From an uncultured Methanoregulaceae archaeon (GTDB lineage: Archaea; Halobacteriota; Methanomicrobia; Methanomicrobiales; Methanospirillaceae): 64,000 bases of DNA. Made by a program: the position numbers and the translations under genes. The notes beneath the pieces are model-generated. The model saw only the letters and a program-made list of their open reading frames with translations, was not told the DNA's origin and searched no databases. Each line of letters begins with the position of its first letter. Position 1 is the first letter of the stretch. Positions 53,673 to 64,000 of this stretch are shown piece by piece. The stretch lies in the NCBI GenBank assembly GCA_963705255.1, contig OY970061.1, positions 928,001 through 992,000 of the forward strand, written 5' to 3'.

Positions 53673-55340
53673 TCATAATGTCCGGTACGCCCCCTCGGGA
53701 ACAAGAATCTCGAACCGTGCCCCTATACCCTCAGTGCCTGTCTCCTGGATTGTGAGTCCGGTGATGGCGAGCACCTCCTGTGAGAAAAAGAGCCCGTAAC
53801 TGATCCTGCCGGAACGTGTGTGCTCGAATATGAGTCTCTTTTTCCCCTGAGGAATACCGATACCGTCATCCTCGCATACGATGACTAGGGCACGTTTCCG
53901 CTTCTCACCGGAAAACCGGATGGCGGAGACATGTCCCCCGTGTTCGATTGAGTTTGTGATAAGGTTTGAGAAAACTTTCTCGATCAGGTCATCAGCAAAT
54001 ATTTCTATATTGGAAATATCCGATTTCAGGGATATTTTTCCCAGATCTACCGAAGATGCAGCCGCCCGGATACTCTCCGCAACATTCGTCCAGCGTGGGG
54101 GCTGCAGCCCGATGTTCTGGTAATCGCGAGTGAAACTGATCTGCTGCTGGATGGTCTTTATGACTTCCTGCTGGCGGTCAAAGATCTCGGTGATCTTCTT
54201 GTTCTTGGTCTGGGCCCTTGCCACACCGAGATAGCCGAGGAGTTTGGTGAGCCCGTTCAGGACATCGTGCCGGGTAATGCTATTTAAGAGAATGATCTGT
54301 TTTGCTGCGCGGCGCAGTGCATCCTCGGACCTCTTTCGTTCCTGGATATTCATGAGAATGCCATGATAACCGCTCATGACCTCATTCCGGTAAAGTGCCC
54401 TGCCGGATGTCTGAACCCAGCGAGGAGAACCATCTTTTCCCAGAATCCTGAACTCAAAAGGTTCCGTTGTCCCTGACCTGCCATGTTCCATGCCTTTGAT
54501 GAAAGACATGATATCATCCTTAAAGATAAAGTCCTGCAGCTGGCGCCCGAGAAGTTCCATAGGTTCGTATGCGGTAACCTGACGGATAACCGGGCTTATG
54601 TAGGTGATTGTGCCGTGATCATTGAGCGTAAAGATCACATCCCGCATATTCTCTACGAGAGTGCGATACTTTTCCTCAGATTCCTGGAGAGCTTTTTCGA
54701 TCTTCTTGTGCTCCTGGAGTTTTTCTTCAAGTTCCTTGTTGGCAATGATAAGCTCCTCAGGGGGCTCCTTGATCCGCCCTTCAAGATCCTGTTGGTAGTC
54801 TTTCCATCGTGAGGTCTCTTCAAAGATGATACCGAGCCCTTTGTTGCCCTGGTCAAACACCAGTGGAAGGAGTTTCATGCGGAACGTACGCGGTTTGCCG
54901 CCAATGTCGATATCCTCTTCCAGTTCCTTTTCCTCACCTTCCATAGCCTCTGCGATGATCTCGAGGTGGTGGGAGGTCATGTGCTGCGCAAGCGGTGAAT
55001 GGGTGAGCTGGGTGCCAATGATCGTCTCACGTTCGAGCTTGAAGAAGCGCAGAAGTGCATCGTTTACCTGCTGGATAAAGAGGTCGTCATCGAGGATCAT
55101 GATGAGATCTGAAGAGAAACTCAGCATCTGTGACAAGGGCACGCGGTGGGAAAGGCTGAACAATTTCGCCGGTCCAAGGCTGCGCATCTCGGCCTGCCCC
55201 GACACAACAAGAAGGTTGAGGTACTTGGCCGCGGTCCCCCGGTTAAGCCCGAGCTTCTGGGATACATCTTCAATAGTCAGCCCCTTTGGGTATTGTTCAA
55301 GAATCTCCCGGATGCGGACAACCTCACTCTCCTTTACCAT
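53673..55340 (-). CDS. wHTH-PAS-PAS histidine kinase
   Basis: GLTIEDVSQKLGLNRGTAAKYL HTH, two PAS domains, TRHDVLN H-box, NLITNS, DDGIG, GARFEI. Confidence 0.9.
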   Translation of the reverse strand: MVKESEVVRIREILEQYPKGLTIEDVSQKLGLNRGTAAKYLNLLVVSGQAEMRSLGPAKLFSLSHRVPLSQMLSFSSDLIMILDDDLFIQQVNDALLRFFKLERETIIGTQLTHSPLAQHMTSHHLEIIAEAMEGEEKELEEDIDIGGKPRTFRMKLLPLVFDQGNKGLGIIFEETSRWKDYQQDLEGRIKEPPEELIIANKELEEKLQEHKKIEKALQESEEKYRTLVENMRDVIFTLNDHGTITYISPVIRQVTAYEPMELLGRQLQDFIFKDDIMSFIKGMEHGRSGTTEPFEFRILGKDGSPRWVQTSGRALYRNEVMSGYHGILMNIQERKRSEDALRRAAKQIILLNSITRHDVLNGLTKLLGYLGVARAQTKNKKITEIFDRQQEVIKTIQQQISFTRDYQNIGLQPPRWTNVAESIRAAASSVDLGKISLKSDISNIEIFADDLIEKVFSNLITNSIEHGGHVSAIRFSGEKRKRALVIVCEDDGIGIPQGKKRLIFEHTRSGRISYGLFFSQEVLAITGLTIQETGTEGIGARFEILVPEGAYRTL

Positions 55341-55671
55341 GCTTCGAAACGCTCCTTATTGATATTCAACCTGCACTGGCGCTCCAGTGATTGGTAATAA
55401 TAAACATATTCATTCAACTATTTTAACCATTGCATCTAATCGCCATAAGCCATAATATTTATATACTATTGTTTACCAACGATGTTGTTACCCACAGTTC
55501 GCCCGGAAGACTAACATTTCCGGACCGTCGCGGTGCCCCGTGGCAGGCGCCGCATACCACGGTACCCTCGCGGGTTCACTGGAAAACAGCGCACAAAGAA
55601 CCCACATGGGCAGGATTCATGGGAGACCACAAGGGGTAACGATCTCGAAAAGGAGGTAAAAGGAGAGACAT

Positions 55672-57787
55672 ATGCAGTTCATTGATGATATGAAGATGGG
55701 AAAGAAGCTGATCGGGGCATTCCTGATCATCACACTGATCGCTGTGATCATCGCAGTCATTGGCTATTCCAGTCTCGTGATGACGAGCGGTAATACCGCG
55801 GCAGTCTATGACGGTTCGGTGGTACCAATAGGAGAACTTGGTATTGCATCTGCCGATTTCCAGCAGATGAGAGACCGAGATCTACCGGTACATCTACATA
55901 CCTGAATCACGTTCAACGGAAGAACAGACCACTATTCCTCAACTCAAGGCTGAAATAAAGGCCCAGATGGATGCGTACCGGGCAACATCCTTGTCCGATG
56001 CCGAGAAGGCCAACCTGGCCAAGTTCGACAGCGCCTGGGCGGACTGGCTGGTCCAGTACGATGCAACCATCGCGGCAGCGAAGAAGAACGACATGACCAC
56101 GGTCAACGCCCAGCTGGCGTCAGGTTCACCACTCATCAATGCACGCACCAACGCGGTTGCCGCACTCAAAGCACTCAATGATATCAACTCAAATGATGCA
56201 AAAGCGGCGGATACCGCTTCGTCCCAGGCAGCTGCAAGCGCGGAAACGATGATGATTGTCGCTACGATCGTTGGTATTATCATCGCAATTGCACTGGCTC
56301 TTTACCTCACCAAGAGTATCACAGAACCGTTAATTGCGGTAACGAATAATCTCAAAAAGCTCAGCAAGGGAATTGTCAGCACCAGGCTGAACATTACACG
56401 GAAGGATGAGATCGGCGATATAGCGCGGGTCATGGACGCCTATGCAAACGGCCTCCAGAAATTCGTGGTTGGGGGTATGAAAAAGATAGCCGAAGGGGAC
56501 CTCACGGTCAGCCTCAAAGTCCAAGATGAAAAAGATGAGATTTCTCCATCAGTGAACACCATCAATGCCACGCTCAAGGCACTGGTCGAAGAGGCCACCA
56601 TGCTCTCAACTGCAGCCGTCCAGGGTCGTCTCGCGACCCGCAGCAACGCAGACAAGTTCAAAGGCGGATACCGGGAGATCGTCAAGGGCGTCAATGACAC
56701 TCTCGATGCCGTTGTTGCTCCGGTGAACGAGGCCATGCACGTGTCCAACGAATACGCGGCGGGTAATTTCACTGCACGGGTGAACAAGAACCTCAAGGTC
56801 CAGGGGGACTTCATCAAGTTCAAGGAGTCCCTCGACAACATCGGCGAGCAGGTCTCAAAGGCGATGCGGGGTATCAACACGCAGGTGACCAACCTTGCAT
56901 CGAGTGCCGAGGAGGCCAACGCCAGTGTCGAGGAAGTGGCGGCAGGGGCCGGGCAGGTGGCCAGGAACACAGCCGCGGTCAGCGCCAACGCCGACAAGAG
57001 CACTGAGGGCATCGAGCAGGTCCAGAAGGCGATGGAAGACCTCTCGCGCACCATCCAGGAAGTTGCCAACAAGGCCGAGACCGTCGCAAGGATTGTTGAC
57101 GACACGACCACATACAGCAAGGAAGGTATGGAACTCGCCCGGAAGACCGAGTCCGGTATGCAGGGCATCACCAAGTCCTCGAATGAAGTCAACCAGATCA
57201 TCCTTGAGATCAAGGGACAGATGGATCGGATCAGCGAGATCGTGAACCTGATTACTGATCTCGCCAACCAGACCAACCTGCTTGCGCTTAATGCAGCAAT
57301 TGAAGCAGCGCGGGCCGGGGACGCTGGGCGCGGTTTCGCGGTGGTCGCCACAGAAGTCAAATCCCTAGCAGTCGAGTCACGGGCTTCTGCAGAAAAGATA
57401 GCAGAAATGATCGACAACCTCCAGAAGCAGACCAACCACGCGGTGGACGCGGTCGCCGCAGCAAACAGTGGTGTCAAGGAAGGTAGTTCGGCACTGCACG
57501 ACACCCTTTCCAGCTTCAACAAGATCGTCGGTTCGATCGATGCGATAAGCAAGAACGTCAGTGAAGTGGCAGCAGCCTCCGAAGAGCAGGCCGCGTCCGT
57601 TGAGGAAGTGACCGCAAGTATGAGTGAAGTCGGCAAGCTGATGCGGGACACTGCGAAGGAGTCGACCGATGCTGCAGCTGCGAGCGAAGAGTCCTCTGCA
57701 GCCATCGACCAGATCACCAAAGTCGTCGGGAATGTCAACACCATCATCGATCAGGTGACCAAAGAGGTATCGCGGTTCAAGTGCTGA
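55672..57787 (+). CDS. Methyl-accepting chemotaxis protein 1 (4HB sensor, HAMP), frameshift ~55875
   Basis: Two TM helices, HAMP (RKDEIG), [17 protein letters not shown]. Confidence 0.93.
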
Positions 57788-57801
57788 CGCGGTGGGTTAT
57801 C

Positions 57802-58392
57802 ATGGCAAAAACAACCAAGGAAAAAGAGACAAACCCCCCGGTTCAGCCGGATCCAGAAACCGCAGCACCGGAGAAAGAAAATCCAAAAAGCAAGCGGGAG
57901 AAGAGGCACGAGAAAGGAAGCCTCCAGGTCGTGGAGTTCCTGCTCGGCAGGGAGCGGTATGCGGTCGACCTCTTCGATGTCAGGGAGGTTGTAGAATATA
58001 CTTCCATAACAAAACTCCCAAACACCCCTTCATATATGAAAGGGATCATCGACCTCCGCGGCGAGATCACCACGATTGTTGATCTCAAGGAGCGGCTGTG
58101 TATACCCCACGGGACAGAGGTTAACGAAGAAAACAGCAGGATCATTGTCCTGGACGAGAAGATCACCCGGGCCAAGACCGGCATCATGGTGGACGATGTC
58201 CTGTCGGTCTCCACCTTCGATACAAAGGACATCGATTCCACATCCGCAGCGGATATGGAAGACGATGGAGCGATCCTCGGAATCATCAAAAAGAAGGTAA
58301 AGGACAAGGATCACGAGAAGAACGACCTGATCATCTGGATCGACATCCGGCACCTGGTCAAAGACATCGGCGAGGTAGTACCTATCGCTTGA
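57802..58392 (+). CDS. cheW: CheW
   Basis: TKLPNTP..GIIDLRGEI, GIMVDDV. Confidence 0.92.
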   Translation: MAKTTKEKETNPPVQPDPETAAPEKENPKSKREKRHEKGSLQVVEFLLGRERYAVDLFDVREVVEYTSITKLPNTPSYMKGIIDLRGEITTIVDLKERLCIPHGTEVNEENSRIIVLDEKITRAKTGIMVDDVLSVSTFDTKDIDSTSAADMEDDGAILGIIKKKVKDKDHEKNDLIIWIDIRHLVKDIGEVVPIA

Positions 58393-58504
58393 CTTTTTGT
58401 ACATGCACTGGTGGACTGAAAATCCGGCAGTGCAAAAAGCACGAAAAAAATACAGAATCATTTACTGATTACGGCGGACTACAGCAAAAAATGGAGAGGA
58501 GAAA

Positions 58505-60616
58505 ATGAAATTCATTGACGACATGAAACTCAGCAAAAAAATGATTGGCGGCTTTCTCATCGTAACCGCCATTATGATTATCGTAGCGTTTGCGGGATAC
58601 ACCAGCATGGGTGCCATCAATGACCGGGACAAGGAGATGTATAACGGAGAACTTCTCCCGATCGATTACCTCAACAATGCAAATGCCGCGTTCCTGGGAG
58701 TGCAGGGCAATGTGTACAATTATATTCTGCTTCCGAACGAACGGGCTGCATCGTTAACAACGCTCAACGCGGATCTGGATACTGCCAAAAAGAATATGGA
58801 TGCGTACCGGGCACTTCCGCTCACTCAGGAGGAAAAGGACCAGCTGGCCCTCTATGATTCAGCATTCGCGGAATATACGTCCTCAGTGACCGAAGTGATC
58901 ACGAACGTGGATTCCGGTAAAACAACTGTCGCACTATCTTCCGTCCAAAAAGGCGGGAGGAATGCCAACGCGATGGAGCAGGTAAACCTGCCCCTCTCAC
59001 AGCTGATGGATCTCAAGATCCATCAGGCAAGTGACCTCTCCGGTTCCAACCAGGGAGTGTATACCAATGCCAGCCTCCTGCTGTTCATTGCCACGGTGAT
59101 TGGGCTCATAGTCTCAGTCTTGATCGCCCTTTTCCTGACGCGGAGCATTGCAGAACCGGTTGACAAAGTGAAAGAGAACATCAAGGAGATCCACCAGGGC
59201 CACCTCTCCAACAGGCTCAATCTCAACCGCAAGGACGAGATCGGCGAGATGGCTGAGGCACTCGACAAGTTTGCCGGGGATTTCCAGAAATACATCCTCG
59301 GCACCATGGATATGGTCGCTGCCGGCGATCTCTCGCGGGACCTCAAGCCCCGGAATGACAAAGACCAGATTGTCCCGCCCATCAAGAAGATGATCGAGAC
59401 CCTCCGGGCTGTACTCGCGGAGTCAAACAAGATGTCCATAGCGGCCGTGGAGGGAAAACTCAATGTCCGCGGAGACGCCGATAAGTTCAAGGGCGGGTAC
59501 TGGGAAATTGTTGCCGGCATCAACAAGACATTTGATAACGTGGTCATACCCCTCAACGAAGGGATGCGCGTATCCGAGGAATATGCGGCAGGCAACTTTA
59601 CTGCCCGGTTTGACGAATCGGTCAAAATGCGGGGAGAATTCAAAAAATTCAAGACTTCGCTCAATGACATCGGCGAGCAGGTCTCAAAGGCGATGCGGGG
59701 CATCAGCACGCAGGTGACCGACCTCGCCGCTTCCGCCGAAGAGGCAAATGCCAGTGTCGAGGAGGTGGCGGCAGGAGCCGGGCAGGTTGCCAAGAACGCG
59801 GCAGCAGTCAGCGCCAATGCTGATAAGACCACGCAGGGCATTGAGCAGGTCCAGAAAGCCATGGAAGACCTCTCACGCACCATTCAGGAGGTCGCAAACA
59901 AAGCCGAAGCGGTGGCAAGGATCGTTGACGATACGACCACCTACAGTAAGGAAGGCATGGAGCTTGCCCAGAAGACCGACTCCGGCATGCAGGGCATCAC
60001 CCGCTCGTCCAGTGATGTAAACCAGATCATCCTTGAGATCAAGGGACAGATGGACAAGATCAGCGAGATCGTCAACCTGATCACCGACCTTGCAAACCAG
60101 ACCAACCTGCTTGCCCTCAATGCAGCCATTGAAGCAGCGCGGGCAGGAGATGCAGGCCGCGGGTTCGCGGTCGTCGCAACCGAGGTCAAATCACTCGCGG
60201 TCGAGTCACGGGCTTCTGCCGAGAAGATCGCCGAGATGATCGACAACCTCCAGAAGCAGACCAACCACGCGGTTGACGCGGTTTCGGCTGCAAACACCGG
60301 TGTCAGGGAAGGCAGTGCGGCACTGCATGACACTCTCGCAAGCTTCAACAAGATCGTCTCCTCCATCGACGCGATCAGCAGGAATGTTACCGAAGTTGCA
60401 GCTGCATCCGAAGAACAGGCTGCATCAGTGGAAGAAGTGACCGCAAGTGTCAGCGAAGTCGGCCTGCTGATGCAGAGCACGGCAAAGGAGTCGACCGATT
60501 CTGCAGCTGCGAGCGAGGAGTCGTCTGCCGCAATCGACCAGATCACCAAGGTCATAGGAAATGTCAACACCATCGTAGATCAGGTAACAAAGGAAATCTC
60601 CCGGTTCAAGTGCTGA
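58505..60616 (+). CDS. Methyl-accepting chemotaxis protein 2 (4HB sensor, HAMP)
   Basis: Same architecture as MCP1; signalling domain nearly identical. Confidence 0.95.
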   Translation: MKFIDDMKLSKKMIGGFLIVTAIMIIVAFAGYTSMGAINDRDKEMYNGELLPIDYLNNANAAFLGVQGNVYNYILLPNERAASLTTLNADLDTAKKNMDAYRALPLTQEEKDQLALYDSAFAEYTSSVTEVITNVDSGKTTVALSSVQKGGRNANAMEQVNLPLSQLMDLKIHQASDLSGSNQGVYTNASLLLFIATVIGLIVSVLIALFLTRSIAEPVDKVKENIKEIHQGHLSNRLNLNRKDEIGEMAEALDKFAGDFQKYILGTMDMVAAGDLSRDLKPRNDKDQIVPPIKKMIETLRAVLAESNKMSIAAVEGKLNVRGDADKFKGGYWEIVAGINKTFDNVVIPLNEGMRVSEEYAAGNFTARFDESVKMRGEFKKFKTSLNDIGEQVSKAMRGISTQVTDLAASAEEANASVEEVAAGAGQVAKNAAAVSANADKTTQGIEQVQKAMEDLSRTIQEVANKAEAVARIVDDTTTYSKEGMELAQKTDSGMQGITRSSSDVNQIILEIKGQMDKISEIVNLITDLANQTNLLALNAAIEAARAGDAGRGFAVVATEVKSLAVESRASAEKIAEMIDNLQKQTNHAVDAVSAANTGVREGSAALHDTLASFNKIVSSIDAISRNVTEVAAASEEQAASVEEVTASVSEVGLLMQSTAKESTDSAAASEESSAAIDQITKVIGNVNTIVDQVTKEISRFKC

Positions 60617-60632
60617 ATGGGCATGGAGCATC

Positions 60633-61224
60633 ATGACAAAACCAGCAAGGGAAAAAAAGGATGACGCACCTGCGCAGCCAGACCCCCTGGCCGCACAACC
60701 GGAAGCAGTACCCGACTCGGGCCCAACCGGAAAACAGGTACACGAAGGGCAACCTCCAGGTCGTGGAATTCCTGCTCGGGAAGGAACGGTATGCCGTCGA
60801 TCTCTACGATATACGGGAAGTGGTGGAATATACTACCATCACAAAACTTCCCAACACCCCTTCTTACATGAAAGGGATCATCGATCTCCGCGGTGAGATA
60901 ACGACCATCGTCGATCTCAAAGATCGCCTGCATATCCATGGAGGAAGTGAGACGAATGAGGAGAACAGCCGTATTATTGTCCTGGACGAGAAGATCACCA
61001 GGGCAAAGACCGGCATCATGGTGGACGACGTCCTGTCGGTTTCCACCTTCGATACAAAGGACATCGATTATACATCCGCAGCGGATATGGAGGATGATGG
61101 AGCGATCCTCGGGATCATCAAAAAGAAAGTAAAGGACAAGGAACAGGAGAGAAACGAGCTGATCATCTGGATCGATATCCGGCACCTGGTCAAAGACATC
61201 GGCGAGGTCGTTCCCCTTGCGTAG
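60633..61224 (+). CDS. cheW: CheW (frameshift ~60735)
   Basis: Close paralog of 57802..58392. Confidence 0.9.
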
Positions 61225-61313
61225 CCGATGCGTGCCTTCGGAGGATCAGGCCCGTCGTGGCCACCCGCACAATGAGGCCAACCCGGATATTGTGGATAAT
61301 CAGGTGACAGACC

Positions 61314-62915
61314 ATGTACCTCAGTGAAGAAAGCATTATTGAACAGGTTCTCAAAGGCGATATCAACGCACGTGTTCCGGAGCGCAGGTTCCCTCCCGGT
61401 GCAGCCCGCAGGGCGCAGGCCATCAACCGGCTTATAAACAAATACGGCGAGGCACTCAGGAAGAAAGATGAAGCTGCAGCTCTCTTTAACGAGAACCCGG
61501 TCCCAATCGTCCGGTACGATGAAAAATTCAACATCCTGATGGTCAACCCGGCATTCCTTGAATGTTCCGGGTATAGCAAGGACAAGGTCACTGCGATGAA
61601 TGCCCACGACTTCAAAGTAACAAAAGCCGAAGGCCACGGCATCAAGGAAGCGGTCAGGACAAAACAACGGGCATTCGGGCGGATGGAAATCGAGATGCCG
61701 TCCGGGAAAAAGGTCCTCGATGCCTATACTATTCCTCTGCTCAACAAGGAAGGCAACATCCGTGGATTCATGGGCGTGTATGTCGATGTCACGCAGATCG
61801 TAAAGGGACAGCGTTACATGGAGCATGAAGTGGAGCGCCTGATTGCAACGTACGGCCTTATAGCCCAGGGCGATATCTCTGCCCAGTACCTTCTTACCGA
61901 ACCCGACAAGGACACGCGCGCCACCTACGAGCAGGTCGCACGGCTCCACGAAGCGGTCAGCGGGATAGTTGCGAACCTCGAAGAGAATGTCCGGGATGTC
62001 AATATGCGGATGGAGGAGCTCACAAGGCGGGCAGAACAGGCCGCGGCCAGAATCCGCGACGCCTCTGAAGGCATTCAGGAGATCGCCCGGAATACCGGCA
62101 AGGTCAGCGAGAACTCCGAGAATGCATCACGGAGCGTCGACGGGATCCTGAAAGCGGTGAGCGACATGAGCTCTGCGATTCAGGACATCACGACTAACAT
62201 GGATAATGCTGCAAGTCTTTCGGCCAAAGCCAACGAGCTCTCCTATGCAGGAGCACGGCTTGCCAAAAATGTTGAGACCAGCATGAAGGACATTGCCGGA
62301 TCGAGCGGCAGGGTCTCCGAGATCGTTACCCATATTGATGGCAGGATGGGGGAGATTACTGCCATCGTGGATGTCATTACGGATATCTCGAGCCAGACCA
62401 ACATGCTCGCACTGAATGCCGCGATCGAAGCAGCCCGGGCCGGGGACGCAGGCAGAGGTTTTGCTGTCGTAGCCGAAGAAGTGAAATCGCTTGCTGACGA
62501 GTCCCGCTTATCAGCAGATAAGATCACCAAGATGATTGCTGGTTTCAGGGAAGAGAGTCGCAAGGCGTCACAGGCAATGGTGGAGTCATCGGCCATGGTC
62601 AGCCAGGGCAATACCATGGTAAAAGAGACCCTGACCGCTTTCAGCCAGATTGCACAGGCCGTCGAAGCAGTAGCCAAGAGTGTGGCGGATGTAGCCGCGA
62701 CAACTGAAGAGCAGGCTGCCACGACCCAGGAGATAACAGCAAGTATTTCCGAAGTTGCGCAGATGGTGGAAAAGACATCCAAGGAAGCCGGGGAGTCTGC
62801 GGCCTCGACGCAACAGTCATCGGCTGCCATTGATGAAATTTCCCGCATGATCACAGAAGTCAGTGTCGTCTCCCGCGAAGCAATGGAAGTGAACCAGCGG
62901 TTCAAAGTCAGCTGA
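61314..62915 (+). CDS. Cytoplasmic PAS-domain MCP
   Basis: No TM helix, PAS domain ([12 protein letters not shown]), [17 protein letters not shown]. Confidence 0.92.
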   Translation: MYLSEESIIEQVLKGDINARVPERRFPPGAARRAQAINRLINKYGEALRKKDEAAALFNENPVPIVRYDEKFNILMVNPAFLECSGYSKDKVTAMNAHDFKVTKAEGHGIKEAVRTKQRAFGRMEIEMPSGKKVLDAYTIPLLNKEGNIRGFMGVYVDVTQIVKGQRYMEHEVERLIATYGLIAQGDISAQYLLTEPDKDTRATYEQVARLHEAVSGIVANLEENVRDVNMRMEELTRRAEQAAARIRDASEGIQEIARNTGKVSENSENASRSVDGILKAVSDMSSAIQDITTNMDNAASLSAKANELSYAGARLAKNVETSMKDIAGSSGRVSEIVTHIDGRMGEITAIVDVITDISSQTNMLALNAAIEAARAGDAGRGFAVVAEEVKSLADESRLSADKITKMIAGFREESRKASQAMVESSAMVSQGNTMVKETLTAFSQIAQAVEAVAKSVADVAATTEEQAATTQEITASISEVAQMVEKTSKEAGESAASTQQSSAAIDEISRMITEVSVVSREAMEVNQRFKVS

Positions 62916-63217
62916 AATACTCCCTCCCATCCAGTTTCCCGGAATTTTTGCGGGTGCATTGCACCTGCACCAGCCGGGATACGGTTAAAAAACCGTGCAG
63001 CCAGTCTCAAAAAGAACCATGCCGTCAGAAAAAGGGTGCTTTTTTACTCCGGCACAACCCCCTCAGGTCTTCTTCTTCTCTCTCCGGAATCCAAAAGAGC
63101 TCCGGAGTGCCGGAACCCTTAACAGGATCACCCAACGCTTTGCGGAACGGAGATATAATTGATGATCCTGTCATCATTCCGCCACGTATTTTATGGTTAG
63201 GGGTTTATGATTGGATC

Positions 63218-63574
63218 ATGAATGCCCGGGTTTCCAGTCCGGTAGCGACCATGTCCGTCTTAATCCTCGTCCTGCTGGTATGCGGGTGTATCTCTGTTTC
63301 TGTGGGGGATGTGTCATACGGGAACGGGACGCTGGCTATCCGGGTGACGGATACCACCGGGCCTTCCGATGGCTATATGCAGGTGACCGTGTACCGTATC
63401 CAGGACCTGCACCAGCAGGAGTTTACGGTTATTGAAGGGCCGGTTATCCTGAATGAGGGCGAAAATACCCTCTTTTTTCCCGCACAGTTCGGGTCCGGCC
63501 AGTACAAACTGTATGTGTACCTCATCCAGAACGGGGAACGTAAAACGGCCGTAATACGCGATATTGTTGTGTGA
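63218..63574 (+). CDS. Putative lipoprotein
   Basis: Hydrophobic helix ending LVCGC (lipobox-like); GQYKLYVYL. Confidence 0.6.
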   Translation: MNARVSSPVATMSVLILVLLVCGCISVSVGDVSYGNGTLAIRVTDTTGPSDGYMQVTVYRIQDLHQQEFTVIEGPVILNEGENTLFFPAQFGSGQYKLYVYLIQNGERKTAVIRDIVV

Positions 63575-63578
63575 TCTC

Positions 63579-64000
63579 ATGCAAAGCCGAATACAAAAGA
63601 TACTGGATGCAGCCCGGGGCCGGATATCTGCGGATGCCGTTTTCAGAAATTCCAGAATATTTAATCCGTTCACCTGCACCTGGGAAGAGGGCAGTCTCGC
63701 AGTGAAAGACGGCCTTGTCCTGGGAATCGGGGACTATGCCGGGAAAAAAGAATATGATCTTGCCGGTTTGTACATCGTCCCCGGCCTGATCGATGCCCAC
63801 GCCCATATCGAAAGTTCGCTTCTCGCACCCAGGGAGTATGCGCGGCTCGCAGCCACGCATGGCACGACTACGGTCGTCGCTGACCCGCACGAGATTGCCA
63901 ATGTCGCAGGGGCAGAGGGGCTGAAGTTCATGCTCGCCGAGAGCGCCGGGGCTGATATCGACATCTTGTATATGCTCCCGTCCTGCGTCCCTGCAACTCC
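63579..64000 (+). CDS. ade: Adenine deaminase (3' truncated by window)
   Basis: Manual translation: PGLIDAHAHIESS, HGTTTVVADPHEIANV, LPSCVPAT. Confidence 0.93.
   Translation, partial: MQSRIQKILDAARGRISADAVFRNSRIFNPFTCTWEEGSLAVKDGLVLGIGDYAGKKEYDLAGLYIVPGLIDAHAHIESSLLAPREYARLAATHGTTTVVADPHEIANVAGAEGLKFMLAESAGADIDILYMLPSCVPAT

Noticed and set aside
56440-62915. Long antisense ORFs over the MCP genes (also over secD, mmp10 and the ligase)
   Set aside because: Shadow frames caused by codon bias of the real genes; no motifs.

Overview
Archaeal chromosome segment from a methanogen, most likely Methanomicrobiales (Methanoregula-like). This is inferred from mmp10, F420H2:NADP oxidoreductase, topoisomerase VI, archaellin and an intron-containing tRNA-Met. 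Layout: top6B-top6A; a ~28 kb surface-glycan island (2.3-30.3 kb) ending at a lone archaellin and tRNA-Thr; mmp10 and tRNA-Met; a biotin/pyruvate carboxylase operon with a clear BirA operator; an archease-rtcB operon; secFD-trx-npdG-aldolase; an AT-rich islet holding a ~290-nt self-folding GC-rich element; a chemotaxis block (cheR, three cheW, three MCPs, an HTH-PAS kinase); and the start of adenine deaminase. The most notable item is a tightly coupled operon inside the glycan island: deacetylase, two LpxD-like acyltransferases, AcpS, ACP, acyl-AMP ligase, LuxE, LuxC, two FabG-like SDRs and a split transketolase. This is acyl-carrier-protein chemistry in an archaeon, probably used to build an acylated or branched sugar. 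Two decayed glycosyltransferase relics not shown in the ORF track were also found. About 16 genes, including housekeeping ones, carry single-base frameshifts, most likely long-read or assembly errors.
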